This document shows, piece after piece, positions 52,365 to 62,666 of a stretch of 64,000 bases of DNA (positions are counted from its first letter, which is position 1; every line of letters begins with the position of its first letter). The stretch covers positions 544,001 to 608,000 of the forward strand of contig CAVVOP010000021.1 of NCBI GenBank assembly GCA_963749915.1, given 5' to 3'. Source of the DNA: an uncultured cyanobacterium (GTDB taxonomy: Bacteria; Cyanobacteriota; Cyanobacteriia; Cyanobacteriales; Cyanobacteriaceae). A model generated the notes under the pieces. The model searched no databases. It was not told the DNA's origin and saw nothing but the letters and a program-made list of their open reading frames with translations. The translations under genes were made by a program, and so were the position numbers.

Positions 52365-54488
52365 CCCACATTCCGCACGTCAAAGTGTATGATTTGAGAT
52401 TATGAGGTTAAAGACTGAAAAGTGACTACGAAAAGAAATTCTCAGTATGTTTTTTAGATAAAAATACTCAGTTAGAAGTTAGTTCTCTAAATAATTAAGA
52501 GAACTTAGATAAATTATGAGAAAATTAAGCAACGTTTGAGAGATAATTAAATTAAGTTTTTAATCTAATTTTGAGGATGAGCTACTCAGAAGAAATACAA
52601 GTTCAAACCATTAATCATTTAGGATTAATTGCCGGAATTATAGATGAAATTGGCATTGAAAAAATCATTAATGATGCCCTTGGGGTTGATGAAAGGGAAA
52701 TCGTCACAGCAGGTCAAATAGTTAAAGCAATTATTCTTAATGGGTTAGGATTTATTTCTCGACCTCTTTATCTATTTCCACAGTTTTTTAAAGACAAAGC
52801 CACAGAACATTTAATCGGAAAAGGAATACTACCTGAGCATTTGAATGATGACAGAATTGGAAGAATAATGGATGAACTTTATGAGAAAGGATTATCTCCA
52901 TTATTTTTAATCATTGCTTTAGCCACAGTAAAAAAATATGACATCAACATCAATTTTTCCCATTTGGATTCAACATCTTTTGCAGTAGAGGGGAAATATA
53001 GTCAAGAAAAAATCACCAAAAACTTGGTGAAAGAAAATGCAGAATTAGAGTTAATTAATCAAATTCCAATTAAGATAATTAAAGGTTATTCTCGTGACCA
53101 TAGACCAGATTTAAAACAATTTATTTTGGATTTAATTGTGAGTAGTGATGGTGATATTCCTTTATTTTTAAGAGTAGCAGATGGCAATGAAAATGATAAA
53201 GCAGTTTTCGGCAAAATAGCGAAAGAATACAAATCAATGATAGATTTTGAAACGATGATAGTAGGTGATAGTGCCTTATATACAGAAAATAACCTCAAAT
53301 TAATGAGTGGAATAGAATGGTTATCGAGAGTTCCACTATCAATAAAAGAGGCAAAAAATTTAGTTTCAGAACTATCAGAATCTGATTTGACTCCCAGCAG
53401 TTTAGAGGGATATTTATGGTATGAAGTAAGGAATAATTATGCAGAAATTGAGCAAAGATGGTTAGTAATAGAAAGTGAAAAAAGAAAGGCATCAGATTTA
53501 GAAAAACTAAGTAAAAAGATAGAGAAAGAAAAAGAAAAAAGCTTAGAAACATTGAAGAAATTGATGAGGGAAGAATTTAGGTCATCAGAGGGAGCTTATG
53601 AAACAGTTGTGAGACTGAATAAGACTTTAAAATATCATCACATAACCGAGCTAAAAATGACAGAAAGTGAGTTAAATAATCACAAGAAAAAATCGAAAAA
53701 GAAAGAAGAAAAATCGGGAAAAACTTATCAATTTACGGCTATTTTGAAATCAGATTTAACGAAAATAAACGAATCAAAAAAAAGAGCAGGAAGATTTGTG
53801 TTAGCGACAAATAGATTGGATAAAAGTAAATTTAATTCTGATGAAATTTTAATTAAGTATAAAGAGCAACAGGCCGCAGAAAGAGGTTTTAGTTTTTTGA
53901 AAGATCCATTATTTTTTGCAGATAGTGTGTTTTTAAAAACCCCAAAAAGAATCGAAACAATGGCAATGTTGATGGGGTTATGTCTGTTGGTATATTCTTT
54001 GGGGCAAAGAGAAGTACGTCGCGTATTAAAAGAGAAAAAAACAGGGATAAAAAACCAATTAGGGAAACTAACAGAACGTCCAACATTAAGGTGGGTTTTT
54101 CAATGTTTTCAGGGGATTCATTTAGTAATAAATAAAGGAATAAAACAAATAGTAAATCTAACAAATGAACGAAAACTAATTTTAAGTTTTTTCCCGATTT
54201 CTTGTCATAATTATTATATTTTATCTGGATAACTTATGGGATTTAAGAGTCTAAATATTCTCAATTATAATACCATAAATAAAGAAGAGAAAACTGATAG
54301 ATTTGCTCTGTTTATTTATTCTCATTAAAGGTGAAGTTATTGACAATGAGATTTTAATTTGAGCAAAGTTCGCGAATACAAAACGCGAACAAAGAAGATA
54401 TTGAGTATTATTACTTATATTTTGTCCAAAATAAGTTGCTTGGTTTTAATACTTTTATCATCTTACAAAGTGACGTGCGGAATGTGGG
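52365..54488 (+). mobile_element. IS1634-family insertion sequence
   Basis: 18-bp TIR cccacattccgcacgtca; single intact transposase. Confidence 0.92.
52577..54232 (+). CDS. IS1634 family transposase
   Basis: HLGLIAG, HLDSTSF, GYSRDHRPDLKQ, VGDSALY and YKEQQAAERGFSFLK motifs. Confidence 0.93.
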   Translation: MSYSEEIQVQTINHLGLIAGIIDEIGIEKIINDALGVDEREIVTAGQIVKAIILNGLGFISRPLYLFPQFFKDKATEHLIGKGILPEHLNDDRIGRIMDELYEKGLSPLFLIIALATVKKYDININFSHLDSTSFAVEGKYSQEKITKNLVKENAELELINQIPIKIIKGYSRDHRPDLKQFILDLIVSSDGDIPLFLRVADGNENDKAVFGKIAKEYKSMIDFETMIVGDSALYTENNLKLMSGIEWLSRVPLSIKEAKNLVSELSESDLTPSSLEGYLWYEVRNNYAEIEQRWLVIESEKRKASDLEKLSKKIEKEKEKSLETLKKLMREEFRSSEGAYETVVRLNKTLKYHHITELKMTESELNNHKKKSKKKEEKSGKTYQFTAILKSDLTKINESKKRAGRFVLATNRLDKSKFNSDEILIKYKEQQAAERGFSFLKDPLFFADSVFLKTPKRIETMAMLMGLCLLVYSLGQREVRRVLKEKKTGIKNQLGKLTERPTLRWVFQCFQGIHLVINKGIKQIVNLTNERKLILSFFPISCHNYYILSG

Positions 54489-54797
54489 TTATATAATCCA
54501 TTCAGAAGTGCGATCCCCTAAATCTAGGGAAATACTAACGGCTTTACCTAAACGGGGACGATTTTTTGCCTCTAAAATACCTGTTTGTACTTGATCAATA
54601 ACTCCCCAACCAGTGATATAGTTAGCAATTTCCTCTAAATGCTGAAAATATTGGGTTTCTGTACGATGAAAGGAGGCTTGTTCTAAATATTTCCACATTA
54701 CCTGAAAATAAATTTTATCTTTAATCCGTAACACTTTAATATCATAAGAGTAACCCCATTTATTGAAAATCATTTCCTGTAAATCTTTTCCTGTCAT
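54489..54797 (-). CDS. DUF3067 family protein
   Basis: KWGYSYD, QVMWKYLEQASF and RPRLGKAVSI.LDLG motifs; the stop codon lies in the transposon TSD. Confidence 0.85.
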   Translation of the reverse strand: MTGKDLQEMIFNKWGYSYDIKVLRIKDKIYFQVMWKYLEQASFHRTETQYFQHLEEIANYITGWGVIDQVQTGILEAKNRPRLGKAVSISLDLGDRTSEWII

Positions 54798-55030
54798 AAT
54801 TAATTTTTGTGGAATGAATGAGAGAATAGATGTATTATTATAGGGCGATGAACATTGCAATTTTGGCAAAATTAATCATCTTTACCTTAAAGTGAGGGAA
54901 TGATTCTGCAAAAGGTTCATTTTTTGTAATAATTAGATAATGACTTTAATTAACCTTGTTTAGCATAAAGGTTCTTGAGTTTATTGTAAAACCATAACCA
55001 AAATATTCAATTACATAATTTAGTTTAGTT

Positions 55031-55570
55031 ATGACACAAATTTCTGGAAATGCTGATGTTCCCGATATGGGGCGCCGTCAGTTCATGAATTTACTGACTT
55101 TTGGCACTATTACTGGAGTTGCTGCCGGGGCATTATATCCGTTGGTCAGCTACTTTATCCCTAAATCCGCCGGCGGCGGTGGTGGTGGCTTAATTGCCAA
55201 AGATAAACTTGGTAATGATATTTTTGCCAGTGAATTTTTAGCTAGTCATCAAGCAGGGGATCGCACTTTAGCCCAAGGTTTAAAAGGTGATCCTACTTAT
55301 ATAGTTGTCACTGAAGATAAAAGTATTGCCTCTTACGGTATCAACGCCGTTTGTACTCACTTAGGTTGTGTCGTACCTTGGAATGCTTCAGAGGACAAGT
55401 TTATGTGTCCTTGTCATGGTTCTCAATACAATAAAGAAGGGAAAGTAGTACGTGGTCCGGCACCGTTATCTTTAGCCTTAGTTCATAGCGATGTTACTAA
55501 CGATAAAGTGGTTTTAACCAACTGGAAGGAAACCGACTTCCGTACGGGTGAGAATCCTTGGTGGATTTAA
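55031..55570 (+). CDS. petC: Cytochrome b6f Rieske iron-sulfur subunit
   Basis: Tat-like GRRQFMN; CTHLGC and CPCHGS Rieske boxes. Confidence 0.97.
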   Translation: MTQISGNADVPDMGRRQFMNLLTFGTITGVAAGALYPLVSYFIPKSAGGGGGGLIAKDKLGNDIFASEFLASHQAGDRTLAQGLKGDPTYIVVTEDKSIASYGINAVCTHLGCVVPWNASEDKFMCPCHGSQYNKEGKVVRGPAPLSLALVHSDVTNDKVVLTNWKETDFRTGENPWWI

Positions 55571-55693
55571 ATAATGAACAATGAACAATAAAGAATAAAC
55601 CATAAAAAATTAGTGGTTGGTCCAATTGTACTATTCTCTGTTCCTTTTTCCTTTGTAACCGATTTAGATAAAATTCAATAGTTGTAAATATCA

Positions 55694-56674
55694 ATGAGAG
55701 ATCATTCTTTTTTAGCAAACATGGCTCAAAAAATAAACAAAATTATCCTAGTAGCCATTGCTAGTATTTGTTTATTCCTTGCCAGTGATGTAGTCTTACC
55801 CCAAAGTGCTAGTGCGTATCCTTTTTGGGCCCAAGAAACCGCTCCTGTGACACCCCGTGAAGCTACAGGACGTATTGTTTGTGCCAACTGTCATCTTGCC
55901 GCTAAACCAGCGGAAGTGGAGATTCCTCAATCAGTATTACCTGACACCGTTTTTGAAGCAGTGGTGAAAATTCCTTATGATCATTCTGCACAACAAGTGT
56001 TAGGAGACGGAAGTAAAGGTGGTTTAAACGTCGGCGCAGTATTAATGTTACCCGATGGGTTCAAAATCGCTCCTGACGATCGTATTCCCGAAGAAATGAA
56101 AGAGAAAGTCGGCGGTACTTATTTCCAATCCTACCGTGAAGGTAAAGATAATTGGGTAATTGTCGGTCCTCTTCCGGGTGATAGCTATGAAGAAATCATT
56201 TTCCCTGTATTGTCTCCCGACCCTGCCAACGACCCTAACATTCACTATGGTAAATATTCCGTACATTTAGGTGCAAACAGAGGCCGAGGACAAGTATATC
56301 CCACCGGACAACTTAGCAACAATAACCTATTTAAAGCCCCCATAGCTGGTACTGTTACTGGTATTGCCGAGGTTGAGGGGGGTGCTTATACCGTGACAAT
56401 CACTGGCGAAGATGGTAACGCTACCACGGTAGATATTCCTGCTGGTCCTGAATTAATCGTCACTGAAGGTCAACAAATAGCCAATGGCGAACCTTTAACC
56501 AACAATCCCAATGTAGGTGGTTTCGGACAAAAAGATACAGAGGTTGTATTACAAAGTCCCGCTCGTATTCTCTGGTTATTAGTGTTTATTGGTGGTATAA
56601 TGCTATCTCAAGTCCTCTTAGTACTTAAGAAAAAACAAATCGAAAAAGTACAAGAAGCAGGAATGTATTTCTAA
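55694..56674 (+). CDS. petA: Apocytochrome f
   Basis: YPFWAQ, CANCH heme site, GANRGRGQVYP and C-terminal TM. Confidence 0.97.
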   Translation: MRDHSFLANMAQKINKIILVAIASICLFLASDVVLPQSASAYPFWAQETAPVTPREATGRIVCANCHLAAKPAEVEIPQSVLPDTVFEAVVKIPYDHSAQQVLGDGSKGGLNVGAVLMLPDGFKIAPDDRIPEEMKEKVGGTYFQSYREGKDNWVIVGPLPGDSYEEIIFPVLSPDPANDPNIHYGKYSVHLGANRGRGQVYPTGQLSNNNLFKAPIAGTVTGIAEVEGGAYTVTITGEDGNATTVDIPAGPELIVTEGQQIANGEPLTNNPNVGGFGQKDTEVVLQSPARILWLLVFIGGIMLSQVLLVLKKKQIEKVQEAGMYF

Positions 56675-56697
56675 GTTTTCCTACTTTTTTACACTTA

Positions 56698-56723
56698 TGG
56701 AGGCTATTAAGCCTCTTTTTTTT
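56698..56723 (+). terminator. petCA terminator
   Basis: gaggct-atta-agcctc hairpin followed by a T-run. Confidence 0.75.
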
Positions 56724-56738
56724 ATGCTCTTTGATACT

Positions 56739-57545
56739 CTATAAAGGTTTATTTGAACTCTGAAGATTAAAAATATTTTTCAGGGGTAAATATGCCCTAT
56801 GATCAGGGTTATATTCCTTGATTTTTTTTTCAATTTTGATGTTGTTAAAAGGGATTATTTCTACCACACTATTACTATAGCCGATCGCTTCTAAATTCTC
56901 AACAAATTCTGGTGTCCAATAATTAATTTTAATGGGAAAATTGGCTTTTTCAATAATCATATTTCTAGTAATGCCAGGTAAAATGCCTGAGTCTAAAGCA
57001 GGGGTAAACCAAATTCCTTCTTTGTATCCCCATAAATTCCCCGTACTGGTTTCTAACCAATTATTATTAATATCTGTTAAAATTGCTTCGTCATAACCTT
57101 GTTTTTTTGCCTGTTGTAATGCTAAATAACAACCTAAATAATTTCCCGTTTTATGTGCTGGTAAAGATCGCTTTATATTGGGATCGATGGATAGTAATCC
57201 TTTTATTCCTTTTCGTTGTTTTTCTTCTAAATTAATAGGTAATTGTCGCCCTATAATTAATTCTTTTCCATCGGGAAAAATTGTAATTCTTAACACAGAA
57301 AAATAGTTTAAGAAATAGTTCGCTTCTTTTTCTATTTTGTCCCAGTCTGGCATGATCCAATCAAACTCTTTGATACTAGATTTGAGGCGATCGCAGTGGT
57401 TTTGCCAGTTTGTTAAAGGATGGTTTAAAAATTTTTGATATGGCCTTAAAGTGGTAAAAATAGTTGCACCATATAGCCAACTAGAGTCATTAATGTCTAA
57501 CTGAATATAGTTATTTTCTTTTAACTGTCCATCATAATAAAACAT
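56739..57545 (-). CDS. Class IV aminotransferase / aminodeoxychorismate lyase-like
   Basis: YGATIFTT, HKTGNY, ETSTGN and ILPGITR motifs. Confidence 0.85.
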   Translation of the reverse strand: MFYYDGQLKENNYIQLDINDSSWLYGATIFTTLRPYQKFLNHPLTNWQNHCDRLKSSIKEFDWIMPDWDKIEKEANYFLNYFSVLRITIFPDGKELIIGRQLPINLEEKQRKGIKGLLSIDPNIKRSLPAHKTGNYLGCYLALQQAKKQGYDEAILTDINNNWLETSTGNLWGYKEGIWFTPALDSGILPGITRNMIIEKANFPIKINYWTPEFVENLEAIGYSNSVVEIIPFNNIKIEKKIKEYNPDHRAYLPLKNIFNLQSSNKPL

Positions 57546-57558
57546 TCACTTTTGGGGT

Positions 57559-57771
57559 TTACTTATATAAGGTTTCCTTGGCTTGATGGGCTACAGTAAG
57601 GGAAATCATCCGAGAAAATTGACTGGCGTTATCTGATTGAGAACTCATTTGGAAATTTTTATAAGAATCAGCAATTAAACAGGCGAAAAAGCCTACTACA
57701 ATATAAAAAATTAAGCAGTTGCAAAAAAAATTATATTGAGAATTTATTCGTTTAAACATAACGGGTAACAC
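57559..57771 (-). CDS. Small single-TM hypothetical protein
   Basis: 70-aa ORF with one hydrophobic segment, co-oriented with its neighbours. Confidence 0.35.
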   Translation of the reverse strand: MLPVMFKRINSQYNFFCNCLIFYIVVGFFACLIADSYKNFQMSSQSDNASQFSRMISLTVAHQAKETLYK

Positions 57772-57882
57772 TCAAAATATTGAGGTGAGAAACTTGATAT
57801 TATTCTAGACCTAAGTTTAATTTAAAAGTTCCTTAAAATACTATACTTGTGAAGGTTATATTTGATGTGATCAAGACTATCA

Positions 57883-58554
57883 TTACCAATGAACTTGACT
57901 TAGTATATATTTAAGACAATCATAGTCATTTTTTAATAATACGCTTAAGGTGCGTCCCGCATTAACTAACCATTGACGATCACCTCCTCTCAAACTATAA
58001 CTTTCCCTTAAAGTAGCGGCAATCAGGGATTCAACGGGAGTATTTTGCACTTGTAATAAAACCCTCAGAAAATCAGGGTTGGCGGTAAAATTGATAATTT
58101 CTTCGGTATCACAACGAAAAACCGCTTGATGAATTTGAGGAGGACGAGGAGGTAAATATTGGTATATCTTGCCGTTAGAAGGGCTATAACCATTATTTTC
58201 ATGGGTAGAGGGTGTTTCAAAACCGATGATTACCCCCCGAAATTCCGTCTTTAACATCGCAAAAATTTGTGGTTGTTGATCTTTTAATTCTGCGATAGTT
58301 AAACCTAACGCCCTAGCTCGATGCACTGAATCTATCGGGGCAGTAGTAACGTTTGTAACTAAAGAAAATATTTTATTACCGGATTCATCATCAAAGGATT
58401 TAACCCAGCTGCCAAAAGGAGGCATAGCAGGAAAATTTAGTTCTTCAGGTTCTAAACACTGGGCTAAAAATTCGATGGTTGAGGTTTCGATTACTTCGCC
58501 AATATGATTAGAATGGCGATCTTCGTTGTTTAATTTCGGCAATGGTAAACGCAT
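57883..58554 (-). CDS. HAS-barrel domain protein
   Basis: IGEVIETST.EF.AQC, PPFGSWV and QYLPPRPPQIH motifs. Confidence 0.8.
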   Translation of the reverse strand: MRLPLPKLNNEDRHSNHIGEVIETSTIEFLAQCLEPEELNFPAMPPFGSWVKSFDDESGNKIFSLVTNVTTAPIDSVHRARALGLTIAELKDQQPQIFAMLKTEFRGVIIGFETPSTHENNGYSPSNGKIYQYLPPRPPQIHQAVFRCDTEEIINFTANPDFLRVLLQVQNTPVESLIAATLRESYSLRGGDRQWLVNAGRTLSVLLKNDYDCLKYILSQVHW

Positions 58555-58641
58555 TTTTTTCAGTGAACAATGAACAATGAAGAAGGGCAAAAGGCAATAA
58601 TTAACTATCAACTGTCAATTGTCAATTTTCCTAACTGTCAA

Positions 58642-59640
58642 TTACATTACAGAATGTCCTAATGCCAATCCCATGACTAACATCCCTAATACTAAAAAGG
58701 GTTGTGCACTGGCTTGATATTTAACATCATTTTTTAAAGGATCGCGCAAAAAGTACATATCTTGGAAGGTAATTTGGGGAATTACTAACAACAATAAAAT
58801 AGTAGCATAAAGGTTTTGATGTAAGTAGATTAAATAAGCACCCATGCCGATTTGAAATACATCGATCATGATAACACAAATCCATGCGGCGGTAGTGACT
58901 CCAAACATCACGGGGAGGGATTTTAAGCCTAATTGGCGATCGCCTTCCACACTTTTAAAATCATTAACCACGGCAATGCCTAAACCCGCCATACTATAAA
59001 TGAGAGTAAGAATCACTATAGTCCAATTTAACTCGCCAAATAAAGCATGACCAGCCCACCAGGGTAGTGCGATATAACTCGAACCCAACGCATAGTTACC
59101 TAACCAACCATTTTGTTTTAATTTTAACGGTGGTGCAGAATAAATATAGGAAATGAACGAGCCACCGATGGCTAAACAGGTTAAGATGGGAAATTCATGA
59201 TTCGCCCATACATCTAAACCATAGGCAACACCGATACCTGCAAACAGTAAAACTAAGATTTGGGTTACTACTTGAGGAATGGAAATAATCCCAGAGGGAA
59301 TGGGGCGGTAGGGTTCGTTAATAGCGTCTATGTCTCGATCATAAAAATCATTGATAGTTTGGGTATAGCCTGCTAAAAGAGGACCAGACATCAACATACA
59401 AGTTAAAGCCATGAGAAAATCCTCAAAACCCCATACATAACCTCCAGAAGAAGCTGCACCACAGACAACCCCCCAAATTAAGGGTATCCATGTAATCGGT
59501 TTCATCAACTGAAGCCTAATCTGCCAGATATTTTGAGCCTTTTTTGCTCCCTTCATTCCCAGTAATTGTCGAGCTTTTGAGCCTTTATCCTCTCGATCTA
59601 ATTCAACTTTAGTGTAATCTTTCTTCTCTATTTCCGTCAT
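58642..59640 (-). CDS. chlG: Chlorophyll synthase
   Basis: RQLLGMKGA, LMKPITWIPLIWG, NDFYDRDIDAINEPYRPIPSG and NDFKSVEGD motifs. Confidence 0.97.
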   Translation of the reverse strand: MTEIEKKDYTKVELDREDKGSKARQLLGMKGAKKAQNIWQIRLQLMKPITWIPLIWGVVCGAASSGGYVWGFEDFLMALTCMLMSGPLLAGYTQTINDFYDRDIDAINEPYRPIPSGIISIPQVVTQILVLLFAGIGVAYGLDVWANHEFPILTCLAIGGSFISYIYSAPPLKLKQNGWLGNYALGSSYIALPWWAGHALFGELNWTIVILTLIYSMAGLGIAVVNDFKSVEGDRQLGLKSLPVMFGVTTAAWICVIMIDVFQIGMGAYLIYLHQNLYATILLLLVIPQITFQDMYFLRDPLKNDVKYQASAQPFLVLGMLVMGLALGHSVM

Positions 59641-59792
59641 TGTTATTTACCGTAATGGTTAATTTATTAATGCCAAATAGTATAGCAATCTGCTAGTAGA
59701 ATAAGGAATTTACGAGGGCAATTTCAAGGGAAATGTGTTATGATCAATTTAGTCTTTACTCTGCTACCTGAATCCTCACGAAATTAATTACA

Positions 59793-59814
59793 ATTTATTG
59801 CGATCGCAATAAAT
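59793..59814. promoter_or_regulatory. Perfect 22-bp palindrome centred on HIP1 in the divergent chlG / flavin reductase intergenic region
   Basis: atttattgcgatcgcaataaat. Confidence 0.4.
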
Positions 59815-59876
59815 CAAACAACAGCATTGTTGCCTCAACTTTAGGGATAAAATAATAGCAATTAGTCAATATAGCT

Positions 59877-60485
59877 ATGTCATCAACCAATTATTCCGAT
59901 TTAGTGTCTCTTGATCCTAGCCAACCAATTTGGCAACATTTTTTCACCGTTGCACCTTTAATTGTGGTGGGAACAAAAGAAGCAACTGTCGGTTATGATT
60001 TGGCCCCGAAACACATGGCAATGCCTTTGGGTTGGGATAATTACTTTACCTTTGTCTGCACACCTCGTCATCGCACTTATCAAAATATCCAACGAGAAAA
60101 AGCTTTCACTGTTAGTTTTCCTGATCCAGATCAAGTTGTTTTAACCAGTCTGACTGCCACCCCTCATTGTGATCAACAACAAAAGCCAATTTTAGAGGTT
60201 TTACCCACATTTTCTGCCTCCGTGGTTGATGGTGTATTCCTCAAAACTGCCTATCTTTTTCTCGAATGTCAGTTAGAGCGGATCATAGACGGATTTGGTG
60301 ATAATAGCTTAATTATTGGTAAAATAATCGCTGCTGCTGTGGCTCAAGAGGCTTTTCGTGCCAGTGGACAAGATGACCAAGATTTAATCTATCACAGGCC
60401 CCTACTCGCCTATATTGCACCAAACCGTTATGCCAAAATTGAACAAAGTTTTTCCTTTCCCTTTCCTGCTGGATTTCACCGATAA
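59877..60485 (+). CDS. Flavin reductase-like (split-barrel) protein
   Basis: YDLAPK, H.TYQNI...AFTVS and FLECQLERI motifs. Confidence 0.75.
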   Translation: MSSTNYSDLVSLDPSQPIWQHFFTVAPLIVVGTKEATVGYDLAPKHMAMPLGWDNYFTFVCTPRHRTYQNIQREKAFTVSFPDPDQVVLTSLTATPHCDQQQKPILEVLPTFSASVVDGVFLKTAYLFLECQLERIIDGFGDNSLIIGKIIAAAVAQEAFRASGQDDQDLIYHRPLLAYIAPNRYAKIEQSFSFPFPAGFHR

Positions 60486-61657
60486 TGCCTGTGTTTAACG
60501 ACTCTAGTAATCAAACTAAGCGGCTTTTAGACTACATTTACAGTCGTCAACAGGAGATGCTTGACTTCTTACAGCAATTAGTAAAAGCGGAATCCCCCTC
60601 GAATATTCCTGAGTCTCAGCAGGAAATAATGAATTTACTGGCCAAAGCCCTACAACAAAGAGGTTATCAAGTATCTCACTTACCAGGAAAACGGACTGGA
60701 GGACAATTATTGGCTAAACCTCAAAATCGAGTTTATCAGCAACCCTTACAACTAATTTTAGGGCATTCTGATACGGTGTGGTCATTAGGGACATTAAAAA
60801 AAATGCCCTTGTATCAAAAAGCCGATAGGATGTATGGACCTGGGATCTATGATATGAAAGCAGGATTGGTTCAAATGCTGTTTGCTGTGGAAGCAATTCA
60901 ATCTCTGGAGATACCCACAGAAGTTACACCCGTTATTTTCATCAATTCCGATGAAGAAATCGGCTCCATTGAATCAAAAAGACGAATTTGTAAACTTGCT
61001 CCTAAAATGAATCGTGTTTTTGTCTTAGAACCATCCTTAGGAATCCAGGGTAAATTGAAAACTAGACGTAAAGGTGTCGCTCGGTTTACGATCAAGGTTA
61101 TCGGCAAAGCCGCTCATGCTGGTTTAGAGCCAGAAAAAGGGGCTAGTGCCATTCTTGAGCTTTCTTTTCTCATTCAAAAGCTATTTGCCCTTAATAACCC
61201 GGAAAAGGGGATTACAGTGAATGTAGGTACCATTGACGGCGGGATTCGTCCTAATGTAGTTGCTCCTATTAGCACCGCTGAAGTTGATGTTCGGGTAATG
61301 GATCCCGAAGATATGCCCCTAATTGAACAAGTAATTAAAAGCTTACAGCCTACTTTGCCCAATATTCAGCTAGAAATCGAGGGTTATTTTGAACATCCGC
61401 CAATGGAAAAAACACCGAGAAATGAACAATTATGGCAATTAGCACAGCAAGCAGCCTCAGAAATTGGTCTTAATCTAGAAGAAGGTACCGCAGGCGGTAG
61501 TTCTGATGGTAATACTACCAGTATTTATGCTCCTACTCTTGATGGTTTAGGTGCAGTAGGGGATGGTGCACATGCCCCGGATGAGTTTATTTATTGGCAA
61601 CAAATGACGGAACGTTCACTATTATTAGCAAAATTGCTGATATCTGAGGTTTTATGA
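60485..61657 (+). CDS. M20 metallopeptidase (glutamate carboxypeptidase-like)
   Basis: LGHSDTV, GPGIYDMKAG, DEEIGS, GGSSDGN and GAHA..E motifs; TAATG-coupled to the upstream gene. Confidence 0.9.
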   Translation: MPVFNDSSNQTKRLLDYIYSRQQEMLDFLQQLVKAESPSNIPESQQEIMNLLAKALQQRGYQVSHLPGKRTGGQLLAKPQNRVYQQPLQLILGHSDTVWSLGTLKKMPLYQKADRMYGPGIYDMKAGLVQMLFAVEAIQSLEIPTEVTPVIFINSDEEIGSIESKRRICKLAPKMNRVFVLEPSLGIQGKLKTRRKGVARFTIKVIGKAAHAGLEPEKGASAILELSFLIQKLFALNNPEKGITVNVGTIDGGIRPNVVAPISTAEVDVRVMDPEDMPLIEQVIKSLQPTLPNIQLEIEGYFEHPPMEKTPRNEQLWQLAQQAASEIGLNLEEGTAGGSSDGNTTSIYAPTLDGLGAVGDGAHAPDEFIYWQQMTERSLLLAKLLISEVL

Positions 61658-61794
61658 CAGAATTTAGTTGTTTAAGAGAGCATGTTTGAAAATTAAAAAT
61701 TAAGTGGACACCTGAGTTGAAGAACTCCTAGTTAAACGTTCAAACACTCTCTCTTAATACCTTTAAAACTGTGCTTAAGTCTGGGCCATTCCTG

Positions 61795-62598
61795 TTATAA
61801 TCCGGTGTATTTGAGATAACTAGACAGTAATAAATCCCCAAAAAACATTGTTGTAACCGCACCCATAACTAAAAAAGGGCCAAATGGCATGGGTTTACCT
61901 TTTGCTAATAATTTTAAGGTAATCGCACTAATTCCTACAATCGTACCATAAAGACAAGCAAGAAAACCAGTAATAAAAACTCCTTGCCATCCTAACCATG
62001 ATCCGATCATAGCGGCTAACTTAGGATCGCCCCCTCCCATAGCAGGTTTACCGAAAACGACACTACCGACAAGACGAATCCCATCAAATAAGGAAATACC
62101 GACTACCGCACTTAAAATACTGATAAAGAGATAAGCAGAAGCGCTGTGAATACCGCCGACAGTAAAACCTAGCCACGTTTGCCAAATTACGCCCATAACT
62201 AACCCCGACTGAGTGAGAGAATTGGGTAAAATCATGGTATCCATATCAATCAAGGCTAAAGCAATCAACCAACTCAGAAAAATCACATAACCGACACTTA
62301 ACCATGTAAAACCAAATTGATAGAATACCAACGCAAAAAATAATCCTGTCACCGCTTCAATTAAAGGGTAACGAGGAGAAATGGGGGTATGACACCAACG
62401 ACACTTACCCTGTAACCATGACCAACCGATAACGGGGATATTTTCTATTTTACCAAGGGGATGTAAACATTTTGGACATCTTGAGGGAGGTTTTATCAAA
62501 GAAATTTTGGCAGGTATGCGATAAATTACCACATTCAGAAAACTACCAATACACGCACCCCAAGTAAAGATAATTAGATAGATTAAAAAGTTAGTCAT
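61795..62598 (-). CDS. pilD: Prepilin peptidase
   Basis: GSFLNVVIYR, two CxxC pairs, IDMD, GGGDPKL and PFGPFL motifs. Confidence 0.93.
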   Translation of the reverse strand: MTNFLIYLIIFTWGACIGSFLNVVIYRIPAKISLIKPPSRCPKCLHPLGKIENIPVIGWSWLQGKCRWCHTPISPRYPLIEAVTGLFFALVFYQFGFTWLSVGYVIFLSWLIALALIDMDTMILPNSLTQSGLVMGVIWQTWLGFTVGGIHSASAYLFISILSAVVGISLFDGIRLVGSVVFGKPAMGGGDPKLAAMIGSWLGWQGVFITGFLACLYGTIVGISAITLKLLAKGKPMPFGPFLVMGAVTTMFFGDLLLSSYLKYTGL

Positions 62599-62666
62599 GG
62601 ATAATTATGATATCTTGCGTCAAATTAAAATCTACTCGTGTCGTACAACAAAGCCATTATCGATTG

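Larger units (their letters stand above)
51218..54488 (+). mobile_element. Composite transposon: IS1634-ended MITE + cargo + IS1634
   Basis: Outer ends cccacattccgcacgtca / tgacgtgcggaatgtggg flanked by TTATAT at 51212-17 and 54489-94. The inner ends have non-matching flanks. Confidence 0.8.
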
